Shown here: positions 41,518 to 55,400 of the stretch, one piece after another
Layout: each line of letters opens with the position of its first letter
Numbering within the stretch: the stretch's first letter is position 1
Assembly: GCA_965285935.1 (NCBI GenBank)
Contig: OZ260664.1
Coordinates: forward strand, 18,352,001 to 18,416,000
Source of the DNA: Ophelia neglecta
Lineage: Eukaryota
Length of the DNA stretch: 64,000 nucleotides
Direction of reading: 5' to 3'
Position numbers and translations under genes: made by a program
Notes under the pieces: generated by a model
What the model saw: the letters and a program-made list of their open reading frames with translations, nothing else
Databases searched by the model: none
Told to the model about the DNA's origin: nothing

Positions 41518-44500
41518 CTTGACACCACTGATCCGGACTGCGCAAAGACTCCGGTCTTAGAGGGTGGTGGCTGTTTGCCGAGATAGCTATGGGTGCAGTA
41601 GCGCATGAACCATGACGATACCTAAACCTACTGGTTTGGATGGCTTGTGCGCTCCCAAGCTTAGTAAACTTTTCTTGATATAAACATTAAAACCAGGCTG
41701 TAACCTTACATGATTCTATAGCAGCTTCTACAGCATGTGCAACTACGACCTTTGTAGGTCAAGAGATGCCCAAAGGTCTTATTTCGGTATTTCCTTTGTA
41801 AAGACATTAGCCTCGTATATCTTTTTTAATGGAGTCAATTTCCGAGAGACAAAGTTGAAAAATCAATGTATATTGAGTACTCCATTCATCGATCAAATAA
41901 TCAGGAGCAGCAGCCACAGGGCCAAACACATCAGCACATCTATCTCAAAAACAATAAATAAACTTGTAATGCAAATAATACAGAATGTAAATATAAACAG
42001 TATATCACAGCAATAAAAAATAGTTAACAGTCTTCCATGATTATGTCTGTCTAAGCCTCACTTCATCAAGAATACATTATAAATTTGTCCAGCTGTATTT
42101 TATGGAAATGTTATTTTATTGTACTTGTTGCAAACGTCAATACTGAACTCGGTCTATTCTGTCAAAATATGAGTCAGATACCCTCTGTCCATATTATAAA
42201 GAGAATACTGTGTATCTTAGTACGGGACGGATAAAACAGCTTGATTCAATCGGTTTGGAAGGTGCCTAACATAAATATCAAGCATGTAGCCCCAGAGAAA
42301 AAAATCGCTAATTCTCAGAATATAAACTTTTTCAAACATAGTACAAAGACGTAGAACGGCGCCTATGGTGCGTTGCACTGGCATGTGCTTTCTGTGTACA
42401 AACTATTTTATGGTCCCCTTGTAATTGTTATTTAAAATTTAGAGACTGTGGAATGGCAAGGCTTTATATCTATACATTCATGTAAATGAGGAAACCTGAT
42501 CTAAAGTAAACAGGTCTGTAGAAGGGCAGTTTTTAATGTGGTTTGATCTGACAGTCAATAATTTTGTCTCATTAGAGACCTCCACAGCTTCTTTTACGAG
42601 GCCCGAATATTTTAATGAAGCCCTTGTTTTCGAAGAACAGAGCCACTGTTGCCAACAGCTACTTATTATTTCTCATGCCGAGTTTATATTTTTATTTAAG
42701 TAACCGTTGTACTTTAAACCAAGAAATATGAAGGCGCTGGAATTTAGCGAAATTTGCAAACCCTAATGTTCATGTATTATCGATGCACATTATTTCTTTC
42801 CGCAGGAAATGACTGTAGCGATATGCACGGGGAAGCAATTTCTAGTCAAACATATATATGGTGACATAATATGTGCAAAGTTCATGCCCACGGAAATTTC
42901 CTGCTTATCAATATTTTCCAGCTTATGAAAACTGATAAATTTCCTGCGTGAGCTAATGAGGCCAACCATTATATCATTATTAGGTATGAGATTTTTTTCC
43001 GAGATTACGCTTTCTACTTTAATTTTAATTCACACCTGATATCTGCCCTGAATGTCTACTTAAATTAGCACATGTGTATTTGGTTTGGTTCTTATCTCCC
43101 TACATAGGAAAGCTGGGCCTCTTAAAGGAGCTTGTATGATCACAATAATAACCCCATCCCTTACCCCCTTGTATCAATAACAAAACCGATATGTTTGGGT
43201 AAGGATTGGGTTATAAAATGACTGATATTATAGTTTATTGGGCTTCCAATGCTGCTTTCGCCCGCACCATTCGCTTTCGCTGTTAACTGAAAGCCCAAAG
43301 GAAATACCCTTCCTGAGATTTGTGTAGGTTCTTAATATTATGGCATTCAGCATTATAATCCTACTCTTTCAACTGCAGTCAAACAGTTGATTAAATGGAT
43401 CACTGCATTGCCACTAGTGTTTGTACTTAGATAGCGCTTTCTGGCGACTAAGACGCTGAGGTACTGACAATAACGCACACTCAAACATCTAAGTAGGTAA
43501 CGGGAGATGACACCTGGCTGACCAAGCCAAATCATTTATCAAGGAAAGAAAGAAATCGTTCAGAAATCATCAGGAGGCAGCAGCCACAGACACACATGCA
43601 TCAATATATCAATCTCTACCTCACAAAAGTAAATTCATTTACATAAACAATATAAATGAAAACATGAATTTTATATCAATGAAAGTGATCAGCAGTTTCA
43701 TATTGTGACAGACAGAACAAACGAGTCACTCGTCAACGTCGGGCAGCGATTAAATATGCCCTTGGGGAATCAGTGATGGTCTAAACCCTCTTATTAGATA
43801 GAAACCAAATATATAATTGACTCAATAGACGCGTTCCTGCACGAGGCGACGCGCGCTGTACACTTGACCGTGCAGTTCAGCGAGAATCTCTATGGTTCTC
43901 CAAAAGCAGATAGTTAAGCATTCTCGATGCTACTTTGCTTATAGGTCCCTTACAATAGTATAACATAATTGTTTCGGCATGGCTTACCATGGCAGCTGGG
44001 GTCAGAGTTATGCTTTCGCCAAACAATTTTCATCTGTTTATTTAAAATTATAGAAAATCTTCGACATGCACCACTTAATTTAGGCAAGCAAGTTATCATT
44101 ACGCACATGGCATTAATTGCATTTACGACTGTTGTGATGTGAAAATAGTTCTAATTGTACTTTGGCACGTTTGCATGCTACTGATTCCCTTTTCCAAGTG
44201 TCCGTATCTGCCTAACTTAATGTTCAAATTGGCCTCTACGACGAGCAACTCCACTATAATGCAGTAGCCGGGCAGCAAATCCTGACACAATGTGCTGCTA
44301 TGCTGCGCCTTAAGAAATACGAGTTAGAGTTAATACTAGTATCTTCTAAAACCGACCTTAACAGGTTCTGCTTTCGTGAGAGGAGCAGACATCCTCCAGT
44401 AATTGGTCGAGTAGGTTCTCATCACTCTTCACAGTAGCTTTCCAACGACACTTGGGAGCAGTAATTCATTAAAGTAGCATCTCAACAATCTCACACTTGA

Positions 44501-46334
44501 GTTCATACTTTTGGCAAGTGGCCATTGGACTCCCACAATATTGAGAGTAGCCAGATGATTCCGTTGTGGCCAAACCGTAGATAGCCGGGCAGAGTTATGC
44601 TATGAACTTTTGCAATTTCTATTTTAAGATATTGACCTTAAGTCACACAACGTTGTATCAGATCTTTATCAATATATATAACTGGGGCCCATATGCATTA
44701 TTATTCATTACCCCATTTGTCTCGTACTTTATTAATCAAAGTGATATGCCATTTGTTAACCTATTAGTTAATCTTTTATTGTGTTTCCACACTCATAACC
44801 TCGATGTCCATTTGTGTCATTGGCAATAAACCATTCTATACACGTTTCAATAATGTCACACTACAGACTTCAATTTCTAGATTGCAATGATATGAAAATG
44901 TGCTATTTAAATGGTAAGAAAATTTGCTATATGAATTATTCTATTCAGCCAACCGAGTTAAACGATATCAACCCATCATAAACATGAGGCATGCAAACCA
45001 TGAAAGATTTTTAGCAAGGATTGATATAAGACGCGTTCAAAAAAACAAATAATAGCGCACAGCGTGCACATCTAACGTGGCTAAAGGCCCTGCTATTCTC
45101 ATTTCAAATTGTTCATGTATACAGTAATACATAAAATCAATGTCACTACCTTTGCAACTGAAGATTTAAAACAAAAACTAGGCAGTCTGATTGCGTAGAG
45201 GAGTTGGTTCGCACTAGCTAGTTGGGACTAGCACAATAGAAACCCATATAACCAAGATTCCTTCTATCTACCTCTTTTTTATAAGCAACAAAATGAACAT
45301 AAACATTAATGGCTCCCTTATGTAAATGTCAAAAGTGTAGACTATAAAATGTACTTTTTAACATATTCAATCAAAAAAATGTGCCTTGGTAATAAAGGTG
45401 TGAGACTTCTTTCAGTTATTGCCATGAACAATTACGTCGGGTAGGCTACTGCTTATGTGCAGTTGCAGTGAAGTGCGGGCATAGGCAACTTACATTAGGC
45501 TTTGGAAATGGGTTAGAAATAGTGTTAATGTGCAAACATATACGTTCCAATGCAATTCCCGCACCCGCAATATAGCCCTATTGAAGGCTTTCTAAGAATC
45601 AGCAAATAGCTCCTTTGCTGCGTCTTCAAGAAATCGCAATATATTTATTATACCTAAGTATCAGATGACTAGCATGACCTAAACGGCGAACAACTGTCAA
45701 ACAGATTGAAATTGCTTCTTTGCCCCTTTTCTTTTCTTGCATATTTGGCGATTACTTATAATTTAAGTTTACGACATTTTCCAATTTTTAAAAAGTCGAT
45801 GCGAACGAAAATTAAAAAAAATTCACTCATCGGCTTCGGCTGGTCAAAAGTATAATTAGATGCAAATTGATATAAGCAAAATCTCTTCTGTAATTCTTCC
45901 AAATCAATTCAATGAAATTTGAAATAAAATATCATATTAATATCTAGCAAATTCTGCAATATATTACGTGGGAAACTCGGATCGTGTGGACTATTGTCCA
46001 TGACCAAAATAGGATAATATAAGTGAGGACAGCATACATAAATGAAATTAGTGTTGGTCTATCAAGTTGATAGACAGTATAATTTTAATGAGGAATACTT
46101 CAATATTGCATTGATAAAAATCACCTGATAAAAACTTGATGATATAAACTCAACATTGGATCAACAGGGGTTATATTTTAAAAAATGGATGACAAAGAAC
46201 AGTGATTCTTTTACCGCCGACTCCCGAGTCCTTTCACTCGCACTTTGGCACTGAAGCAAGTCTCGTGACAGGAACATTTCATTAATATGGCTTGAAAATT
46301 ATATTGAAGCTTTTTTTTTATCAAAATAACCCCT

Positions 46335-46460
46335 TCCTCTTCTGCCCGCCTCCCCTTACCCGCATGACCCAAATAACCCTGCTTCCCCCTTCCATCCTCC
46401 CACTTCGGCCTCCCCCACGCCCCCCCCCCCCCTCCAGCCCCTGTCCCCCTCCGTCCCCAC
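46335..46460 (-). repeat. C-rich low-complexity tract (G-quadruplex potential on - strand)
   Basis: Many C3-C13 runs; a similar G-rich tract lies at 32095-32144 in an innexin intron. Confidence 0.6.
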
Positions 46461-49403
46461 GATAATGAAGCAGATAAGGATGTGTTCGTTTCAGTCCGAA
46501 ACGCTTCTACTGTTATATTATTTTGGTCGTTAGAAAATTCAACAATGTCAGAAAATTGCTAATTTGTTCATTGTAAAAATTGTAAAAAAGTCCTCAAGTC
46601 TTTTCGGTTCTCAACCACTACCATGTAACAAGAAACCTCTCACATGTATCAGATTCAAAATATTGACGTCCGCCCTAATTGGTTTTTTGGTCAGTCGACT
46701 AGGCGACTGGCAGTACTGGTAAGATATGCAGAGTATTCGCTTCTGTTCTTGTAAATAAGTAAGTTAATTGGTCTTATCCCCGCATTAATAAGCTAAACTG
46801 CCTTGCCATGTGCACTTTTCAAATTAGGTATTCTTTATTTAGTTTTGTTTGAACACCATCAAATTCTATGTTAAAATATTTTTCTATATTCATAATTTAT
46901 AGATGTAGATTTATAGATGTAGATTTATAAGATGTTCCCTGATATTCCGTTTGATTGTGGTAAGTGATATATTTTAATCGTAAATTTCTTTATTGAAAGC
47001 ATCCAAAAAGGATAGATAACCGCACTGACAGTAGTTCCCTAAAATATAATCATTTAATAGATATATAATAGTCGCCCATAACTACCTGTCAAATCGCAGA
47101 TATATTATTGTGTACACAACATGATCATAAGTTCCCTTGTATCGACTAAACAGGTACTTGTTCGGGTTTCACCTCACATGTGCTTCTTCTTTCTTTATGA
47201 TAAAACAAGGTAATTTGTATACGTTTTGGGACACATCTAGGTGTGCTATTAGTCATTTTAATTAATTAGGCGTAAAGGTTAACACCTAGGAGGCAACACC
47301 TTCTCGGTAACGTCATATAAGAACTATTATCTCTGAAGATGGCGGGTATTATTTGTAGCATAGCGCACACAGAGGTAATAAATTTCAGAGGTCTGTTAAG
47401 AGATATTGCGGATTGGCAAAATGTACTAAAAAGAAAATTGTACTTCATGGAGGGCAGCATTAGACGATACGTACAACTGGCCAACTGTCAACCAAATGGA
47501 AACATTTCTTTTCAATAAAATGGGAATTAATATTTGTGATTTATACTTGATCTACTTCTCGCGCTAGATCCTCTTCGTAACGAGCCTGCTGACAACCGCC
47601 TCACATTGCCATTAAGTTGCATTTGACATTGGCCAGCTACGGTGAACGCTGTAATTAAAATACACGCATGCCCGATAACTTCTACGCGCCCACGTGGCGC
47701 TCCAAATACGAACAGGGCAGGCTTTACAAACGAACAACAAACATGCATGTTTTTTGTAAATGACCTACGTCTAAAGTTGACTCCACCTATTTATCGATTG
47801 AAATCTTGCCGGTCGGTACCGCGCGCCGTCGCATGGCCTGGCGAACGAAGCGAAGATTAAAGTATTGTGCGAGCATTCACGTTCCTATGGCATTGGCGCC
47901 TAAAGGAGTAGCTCTGGTGTGTATATGCATCTATATATTTATATATATTGGTTTTATTAAAGGAACAGTCTCATCTCTTCTGTCAAGTAGTATTATAACA
48001 TGTGGTTGTGTATCATAATGGACCAGACGGCAATTCCTATTATAGTACCAGTCATACTACTTGACGTAATTATTTATACATTTGCGTTAAAAAGTGATCT
48101 TGTACATAAGCGGTGTAAACTTCATCAGGTAAAATGCTGCTATATAGAAATGTTAATTACCATCAAACATTAGTGAAGGTACAGTTTATAGTCTACACAT
48201 AGTGCCTGTGCTTTCAATCATGATACTAAAGTGATCAGTGTCAGCCTGAATTAGTCGTGAACCAATCGAATTTCAGGCACGCACTTGAGAAATCCCTGAT
48301 GCGACTTTTTGTCGATAATGTTAAATAAGGTTATAAGAATGTACTGGCCTCAAAATCAACAGTGAGTTTTTGTGCTTGTATAGTATACTGTATAAAACTA
48401 AGTGGCACAATATAAACGTTGAGTCTAAGTTTCGAGAAAAGTTCCTGTGAACTTGAATAGCAAATGCGAACAATCTTAGGAGCTGTTCAACTTTAGGGAT
48501 CTTCCAAAGCGAGTATTCTTACAAACGTATACCGTAAATTAGCCTGAAAATAATGAAGCACTCCGTAAATTCTTCACCTCAAATCACAAGTTGTCGAATG
48601 AAACTGGCATTTTACCAAATATATATGTTTTGTCCGTCCTGCTAAGCCAAAACATTTAAGAGTGCTTCGGTTTAAATTATTCCCAAGAAATGTATAAGGA
48701 TTGCCAATATACACTAATCAAGTTTCCAGTGACCCAAATGTTTCAACCAGATAGACTGTGCTTATCAAATGTGCTATATAACATTATTTTCAAATCCGCC
48801 ATGTGCTTATACCACACCTGGTTGAGCAGAAAACCACTGGCAGTTGAAGTTTAACATAACCAAAATATGCTGCAATGTGAATTTATTCTGTTGATCTCTA
48901 CATTTAGAACAATAAACAGTGAAGTGAAAAACTACAAAAACATTATAAAATGAATATTTTACTAACAATACTAATATATGAATCAAAAATCAAAAAGTGA
49001 TGAAAGTTATAATCATTTGGCGATTATCCATCTAATCTAGAATTCATATATTTCTGTTACGTGCACCTTTAGCTTAATCTCTACTGTTCATACTTGTTTC
49101 ATTCATTGTCCGTCATTCCAATTTCAGGTCAATCCTATAAAAAAATGTACTACATTAATGGCTGTTCACAATTGAAACTCTTATTTTATTTAAACACTAT
49201 TTTCACCTCATAGTAGAATAAATTGATTAGAGTCTAGAGATGAGGGGTTGGGGGATGATGTGCAATATCTAGTCCGGATAATTTTATTTATCATTGTCGC
49301 CCGAGTTCTGTAACCTGCGTTTACTATTTGATGAAAGCGGAAGAATTTATAATGAATGCTCTTACTCTGTCATGTCCATGTGTCTACGAATGTGTCTTCA
49401 TAT

Positions 49404-52400
49404 TTAAACGAGGTCCTTGAGAGCTTTCAATAAGGCCTTCACGTCCAAAGACTTGGCAGCCCTTTGAAAAATAGTTCAACGTTACCACGGGTAGCTTGGC
49501 GATGAAATATATTGCATGGCCGTATTTGCAATTCTACAGAAATATAAGTATAAACTCAAAATATATTACTTTGTCGAAACGACTCTTGATTGGCCGCCAA
49601 TTTTTGTACCACTGCTGTCCTTAATTTCCGTCTTAACCACATAAGCAGTGTCCGGTCTCAAGCCATCGATGGACACAGCGTATTTAAAGCCATTAAATTT
49701 GCCCCAATCAACTGCCCACTCAGATCTCTCCAACTCGGACCACGATTTGCCCGAAAACAAAGTATCACTCTATAAAACAAAACATTCATTTGGCACCATT
49801 TGCATGGATCACAGTAAGTTGGTAAACCTTAACGGTATATTTCTTTATGGTTATTGCCAAAAGACTAATTACTACAAAGTAAACGTGTAATACATAAGGA
49901 ATAAGCATACATGCTCGCCTAACCTAACATGGTATCAAGCTCTTATATGTTCAACGGAAACATTGCTATAAGACCAACTATTTAGTTGCCAATTAACTTG
50001 TGTTTTCCAGCCAGGCTCACTACACTATTGTTTTGTAGAAACGTTATTTTAATCAAAGAAAGAGACATCAAACATAAAGCTTCTATAACTATACTACTAG
50101 TGGGATTTATACAAGCCTACATGGTGATCTTTGATATTGAATATACAGTATTTAAGTTAGAACTTCTTAATATACATGAATGTTTTTAAAAAATGTGGTA
50201 GAAATTATTTTTTAATAACAACAGCCTTAATAACAACAGCCAGGAAGACTGCACAAATTTTCATTCGCTTACACACTTTGTCCAACATAGAAGTACTCTA
50301 ATGATTTGCCTAGTTTACGCCCAGCTTAATCAGCTTAAATGTCAAGTTAAAACGTACCGGCCTGTCAGCGACATTCTCATAATTGTAGTACAACGACACC
50401 GTGAAGTCATTGCCCCATGAGACATCTTTTTGTAGGTAGACAGCAATTGAGTCGGAGTCAGAATCGGTCTGATAGATGTTACGATTGCTCATCTCTGGAA
50501 ACAGAAAGAAATGATATTTTTAATGAAATGTGTGTATTGAATATGTGTTCACATAAATTATGTTTCCTATTCACTGATTAACATGGTATAACCCACTCCA
50601 AATAACACAGTAATCGCGGGTAGGGATTTTGGTTTTTGCTACAAGTTCCACCTACAGTTAATCGGTGGCAAAAACTGAAAGTCCTACTGGACTCGTAAAA
50701 CTGGGTTTGTGTTTCCGGGTCAATAAAAAGTGTCCTTTACATTTTCATCATTTTAATTTATACATTTAACATTGTATGTTGATAGTTATCATTATATGTG
50801 AGGCGCATACTATTCCTATCTACGGACACTGAGTCCTAGAAATCATATTCCTATATGGATTCAGTGTCCCTAGAGACTGAGTTATAAAGTCTCAGTGTCC
50901 CGGATTCTCCGATCGTGCAAGCTCAGTTCTTTGGCACCTGTGGTACCACATGAAAATAACAGTTTACTCGAGCATGGTGATATCATAGGATAGGACGTGC
51001 ATTACAGACCAAAAGCTTTTCTTTGAAGAAGCGCATACTTTCATCCAAGCGCTACTTTGTTAAATGATAGATTGATATACGTTATACGTGCACATGGTTG
51101 GAAAAATATTAATATAAATGCATGTAAATGAGTTTTCCTAATAAAGATCGTGTTGCTTTTAACATGATTTGCGCTGTGCATTCAATTATGTTTAAGCATT
51201 AACTGGATTGAGCGCCTACTGGGTGAATTTAACTGTTGGTACAATTACTGGTCCTGCATTGGTGACGTCCATCCAGAATGCCGCATCATTTTATATGTGG
51301 ACGCTGCGTGGCTGTATGCTAGCTGCGAATGGTATGAATGCTAATGGTTGCAAGATTTTAGAAAATAATTTTGGTCTCACACTTCATTATGAGTTGCCAC
51401 CCTGTCGGGGTAAAACGTAAAAGGTCTTAATTGTTTTATTTTAAACACATCAAGACACGTCTGATATAATGATAATACCAGGGGCTGCTTCTATACTATC
51501 GTGTTTTCAGCTCTTACCCTTATTCTTCAGTTTGTTGATCAGTTCTTCCAATTCTTTGTCCAAAGATTTTTTCGATCTGAAACAAAAGATCATATTACAA
51601 CTCGTTTTATATAATTATACTGAGTAGTATAGATGTTAGGTCTAAACTTCAGGACGGTAAAGTTTTATAGGAAGTATGAATGTTAAACTAGCTGAAAGCG
51701 TTGGCAAACTTGATATCTAATGTCCATGCATTTAGTTAAACAACAAATTTGACAGTTACCATGACAGTTAAATACAATATAATGCTTCATGAGACATATA
51801 TTGTGTACAACAGGAGAGAAAAAACTAACCCGGTAGTAGAAATGTCGCGAGATTGGCCTCCTATACTATTACCGGAGGAATCTTGGACGACGGTGTACAC
51901 TGTGTAGGCGGTTCCGGGGGACAAGCCATCAAAGTCCACAACACGGGTTTGGCCTTGAAGCTTTCCCCAGTCCACTTTGTAACTCGCCAATTCAGCCCAA
52001 GTCTTATCCGCAAACACTTCTGTGGCCTGATAGTAGTTATTCGTACAATATATTTTGGTTGAAACAGAACTGTTAAAATCAATTTACATTGTATGATATT
52101 CAGTGGAGTATCCATTGGGTCAAAACCCTGCCATCAACACCTGCCCCAACATAACTATAGGAACAGAACGCTACACCATACATTTGAGATGAATACAATT
52201 GAAGAGTGAGCAGGCTAGTTCACTTATTTATCATCGTCTTGTGACACTGGGCTTTAATGTACAAAAATAGTATCTAGAATTAAATTTCAAAGGAGGTTGT
52301 TGACTTGGCTGGAACTCGAAAACACAAATATAATTCAATTTTATATAGAATAGGACAAATCACTTCTCTTAAAGTTGTCTTTACCATGATAACTTATACT

Positions 52401-55400
52401 ATTACTAGGGAACTATAAGCCTTAAGGCCTTTTCCTAATCAAAATGACGCTGTATAATACTAATTTCCTTTCCGTTTTAATACTGCTTGTAGCCCTTATA
52501 TCATTCTAAAATGATTAATTACCGCTATTTCTTTATGAGAGATCCATTCTTACATGCAAAGTGTTTGCGAAACAAAGTCATAGTTTGAAAAAAGAAAACC
52601 GGTCTTTAGGCTTTTCCAATTGCGGTCAAGTTCAAAATTGGTTGGCAACCTGGAAACTACTCTGAGGTCCAACAATATTTGATAATTCGAGGTGTTTCAT
52701 GTAGAGCGCTTCACAACTGGCAATTATAAATATTCTTGTTCACATTATTCCCGGTCATGCAAATGAGACACTTGATGAACAAAACATTAGGCCCCGGGAT
52801 GTAAGCGTCATTTTCCTAACACTTAATGTGGAGGACATGTTGTGCAAAACAGCCAGCCAACAAAACCCTGACTGACCAACTGGCAAGCATAGAGATCATT
52901 TAACATTTAATCTATCTCAATATCTTACACATTCACTCAGGTTCACAATAACAAACTCATTATCTTCCCAAGTGATAAAATGGTTACACATACAGTGAAA
53001 CCTGACAATTAGGGACAGCAAAGGGACTGGGAAATCTGTCCTCTTTTCTCAGATGTCCTTATTTCGCAGGCTACTTTACATGTAAAGTATTACAACTGTA
53101 CTAAAAACAATGTCCTTAATAGTCAGTGTGTCCCTAATTGTCAGGTTCCTTTAGGCCAGGTTTTACTGTATATCGAAGGGCACAGATATTATGAATTCCG
53201 ATGTTTTTATGATAATAAGCTTACCGGGCGGTCAGCCACATTAGCGTCCACGTAATAAAGAGACATGGTGAAATCATTGGGCCAGCTTGTATCGCGTTGT
53301 AGAGATACAGCAATAGAGTCATCGTCCGCATCGTATTGATAAATGTTACGAACGGTCATCACTGAAAAGGATAAATGAGAGTTGATATACACCTGCCGTA
53401 AATATCCATATGCAAGATGTATTGCTCTGTAGCTTCATTTAATGTATAAATAAAGCTTCTGGCAAGAGGTAGAGACTGTTTGCCATTCTTTGATGTACTG
53501 AGTCCGATTATCCAAATATTGTTATTGGGTGTATGGATTAACCAACTTACTTTGGTGACATACTAAAATGTATCGATTCTTGTTTGATATTCACATTACG
53601 ACACACCTGATATAGAGATTTAGCAAACGGCTTCTTTTTATACAGTCGCGTATTTAATGTCTTACCCTTGGCCTTCAGTTTGTTGATTACTTCTTCCAAA
53701 GCTTTTTCCAAAGATTTCTTCGTTCTGAAACGAAAGGCCGGATTATAACTGGAAGATTAACATACCCGTATTGCTGTACATGGTATTGTTTGCATCCAAT
53801 TGAAACAGTCAACAGGGATTATAATGAAACAAAAACCAGTCTAAAAGCTTGAAGCGAGCTTAGAGACACATTTAATATTTTGCTTGTACATATAACGTTT
53901 GGTTAAGAGCACACAGAAGGTGATGTAGTGAACAACATTATGTGCGCAGACATATCTAAGAAGTATACCTGTTACGACCGGCTTTCATCGGACGTGAAGA
54001 GCCGAAAGTGTTGAGGGACTTACAGACGCACGAGCATGTGATGTCCAGAGCATTAAGGTAAACAGCAAATTATTTGAAAGTTTAAAAAGGTTGAACATAA
54101 TACAAATATTTTTTAAGATATTTAAAGTATCCAACAGTAGAGAAACACTAACCCAGTTGTAGAAATGTCGCGTGATTGGCCCCCTATATTGTTTCCGGAG
54201 GAATCTTGGACGATGGTGTATAGTGTATACTCCGTTCCAGATTTCAGACCATCAATGCTAGCGACACGGGTTTGGCCCTGAAGGTCTCCCCAGTCCACTG
54301 TGTAACTCTCCAATTGAGCCCAAGTCTTATCCGCAAACACTTCTGTGGCCTGCAAGTTTTTAGACGTATAATATATATTGGTTTTTACAGAAGTGATATA
54401 TTAAATTACATTTTATGATATTGTTTGCAGTTGAGTCTCCATCGGGGCAAACCCTGCCATTAAACGCGAGCAGGAATGTCACAAATAGGAATAGAATGTT
54501 ACACCCATCATATTTGAGATTATTACGTGTAAGGTATAATCAGCCTATAGACCTGGCTATTTCAATACATATATATTTCCAAACACCGTTATGTGAAACG
54601 GCGATACATATAGACTATCTTAAATTAGGTTGCATATAGCGTTTGAAGAATCACGCCTGTTAGATATGGCCCTGACACATATTGGCGTATAGCACAAATA
54701 TATGCCGACTTTTCTATGTCACGGTAGTGCACAGTAAGCGGTGAGACAAATAAGCGGTACGTTGGGCATAAGTAGCTGTAGATTTTTCAATGCAAAGTTG
54801 GACGCGTATGACCGTATTTTATCTCTTTTTAAAACGACGGGCATTCGTTCATGGTATTCATCAGTGTGTGACAGGATCATAAAGTTGTCATGACCTGACG
54901 AAAAATAAATAAAAAAAACTCTAAATGGTATGTAGCCTTGTCAAAAATCAAAATGGTGCCGTATACTACTAATTTCCTTCCTGTGTATATATTACTTGTA
55001 GGGTTTTTATACATATAAAAGATGAAATAGTCATTCTGGAATTCACTTCTTGCAAGTAATTTTTGTGCAATGCAAAGTCCTCTTTTTCAAAACAGATAAT
55101 AAACCAGGTGGCTATTCCAATTGGTTACTAATAGAAAATTAATTCGCAGCTTGGAAACTATTCTGCGGTCCAGCAATATTTGGTTAATCGAATCAGTACA
55201 GCCCTGAACAGAATGGATTCTGGTCACTATAAATACTCTTGTTCGCATTATCCCCGGTAATGCAATTAATACACTTGAAAAATTGAAAGATAATAGGACC
55301 GGAGTTGTAAGAGTAATGCTCCTTAAACGGGGGAATAATGGGGAAGACCGAGGGATCATTTATATACAATGTTACTCACAAGATAACACATTCACTTAAA

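Noticed and set aside
41895-43625. Two similar short segments (atcagga..gcagcagccacag at about 41900 and 43570)
   Set aside because: Non-coding and probably a dispersed repeat or local duplication; no further structure found.
44300-44880. Minus-strand ITLPGYLRFGHN resembling a LINE endonuclease fragment
   Set aside because: Single short motif in heavily disrupted frames; not enough to annotate without a profile search.
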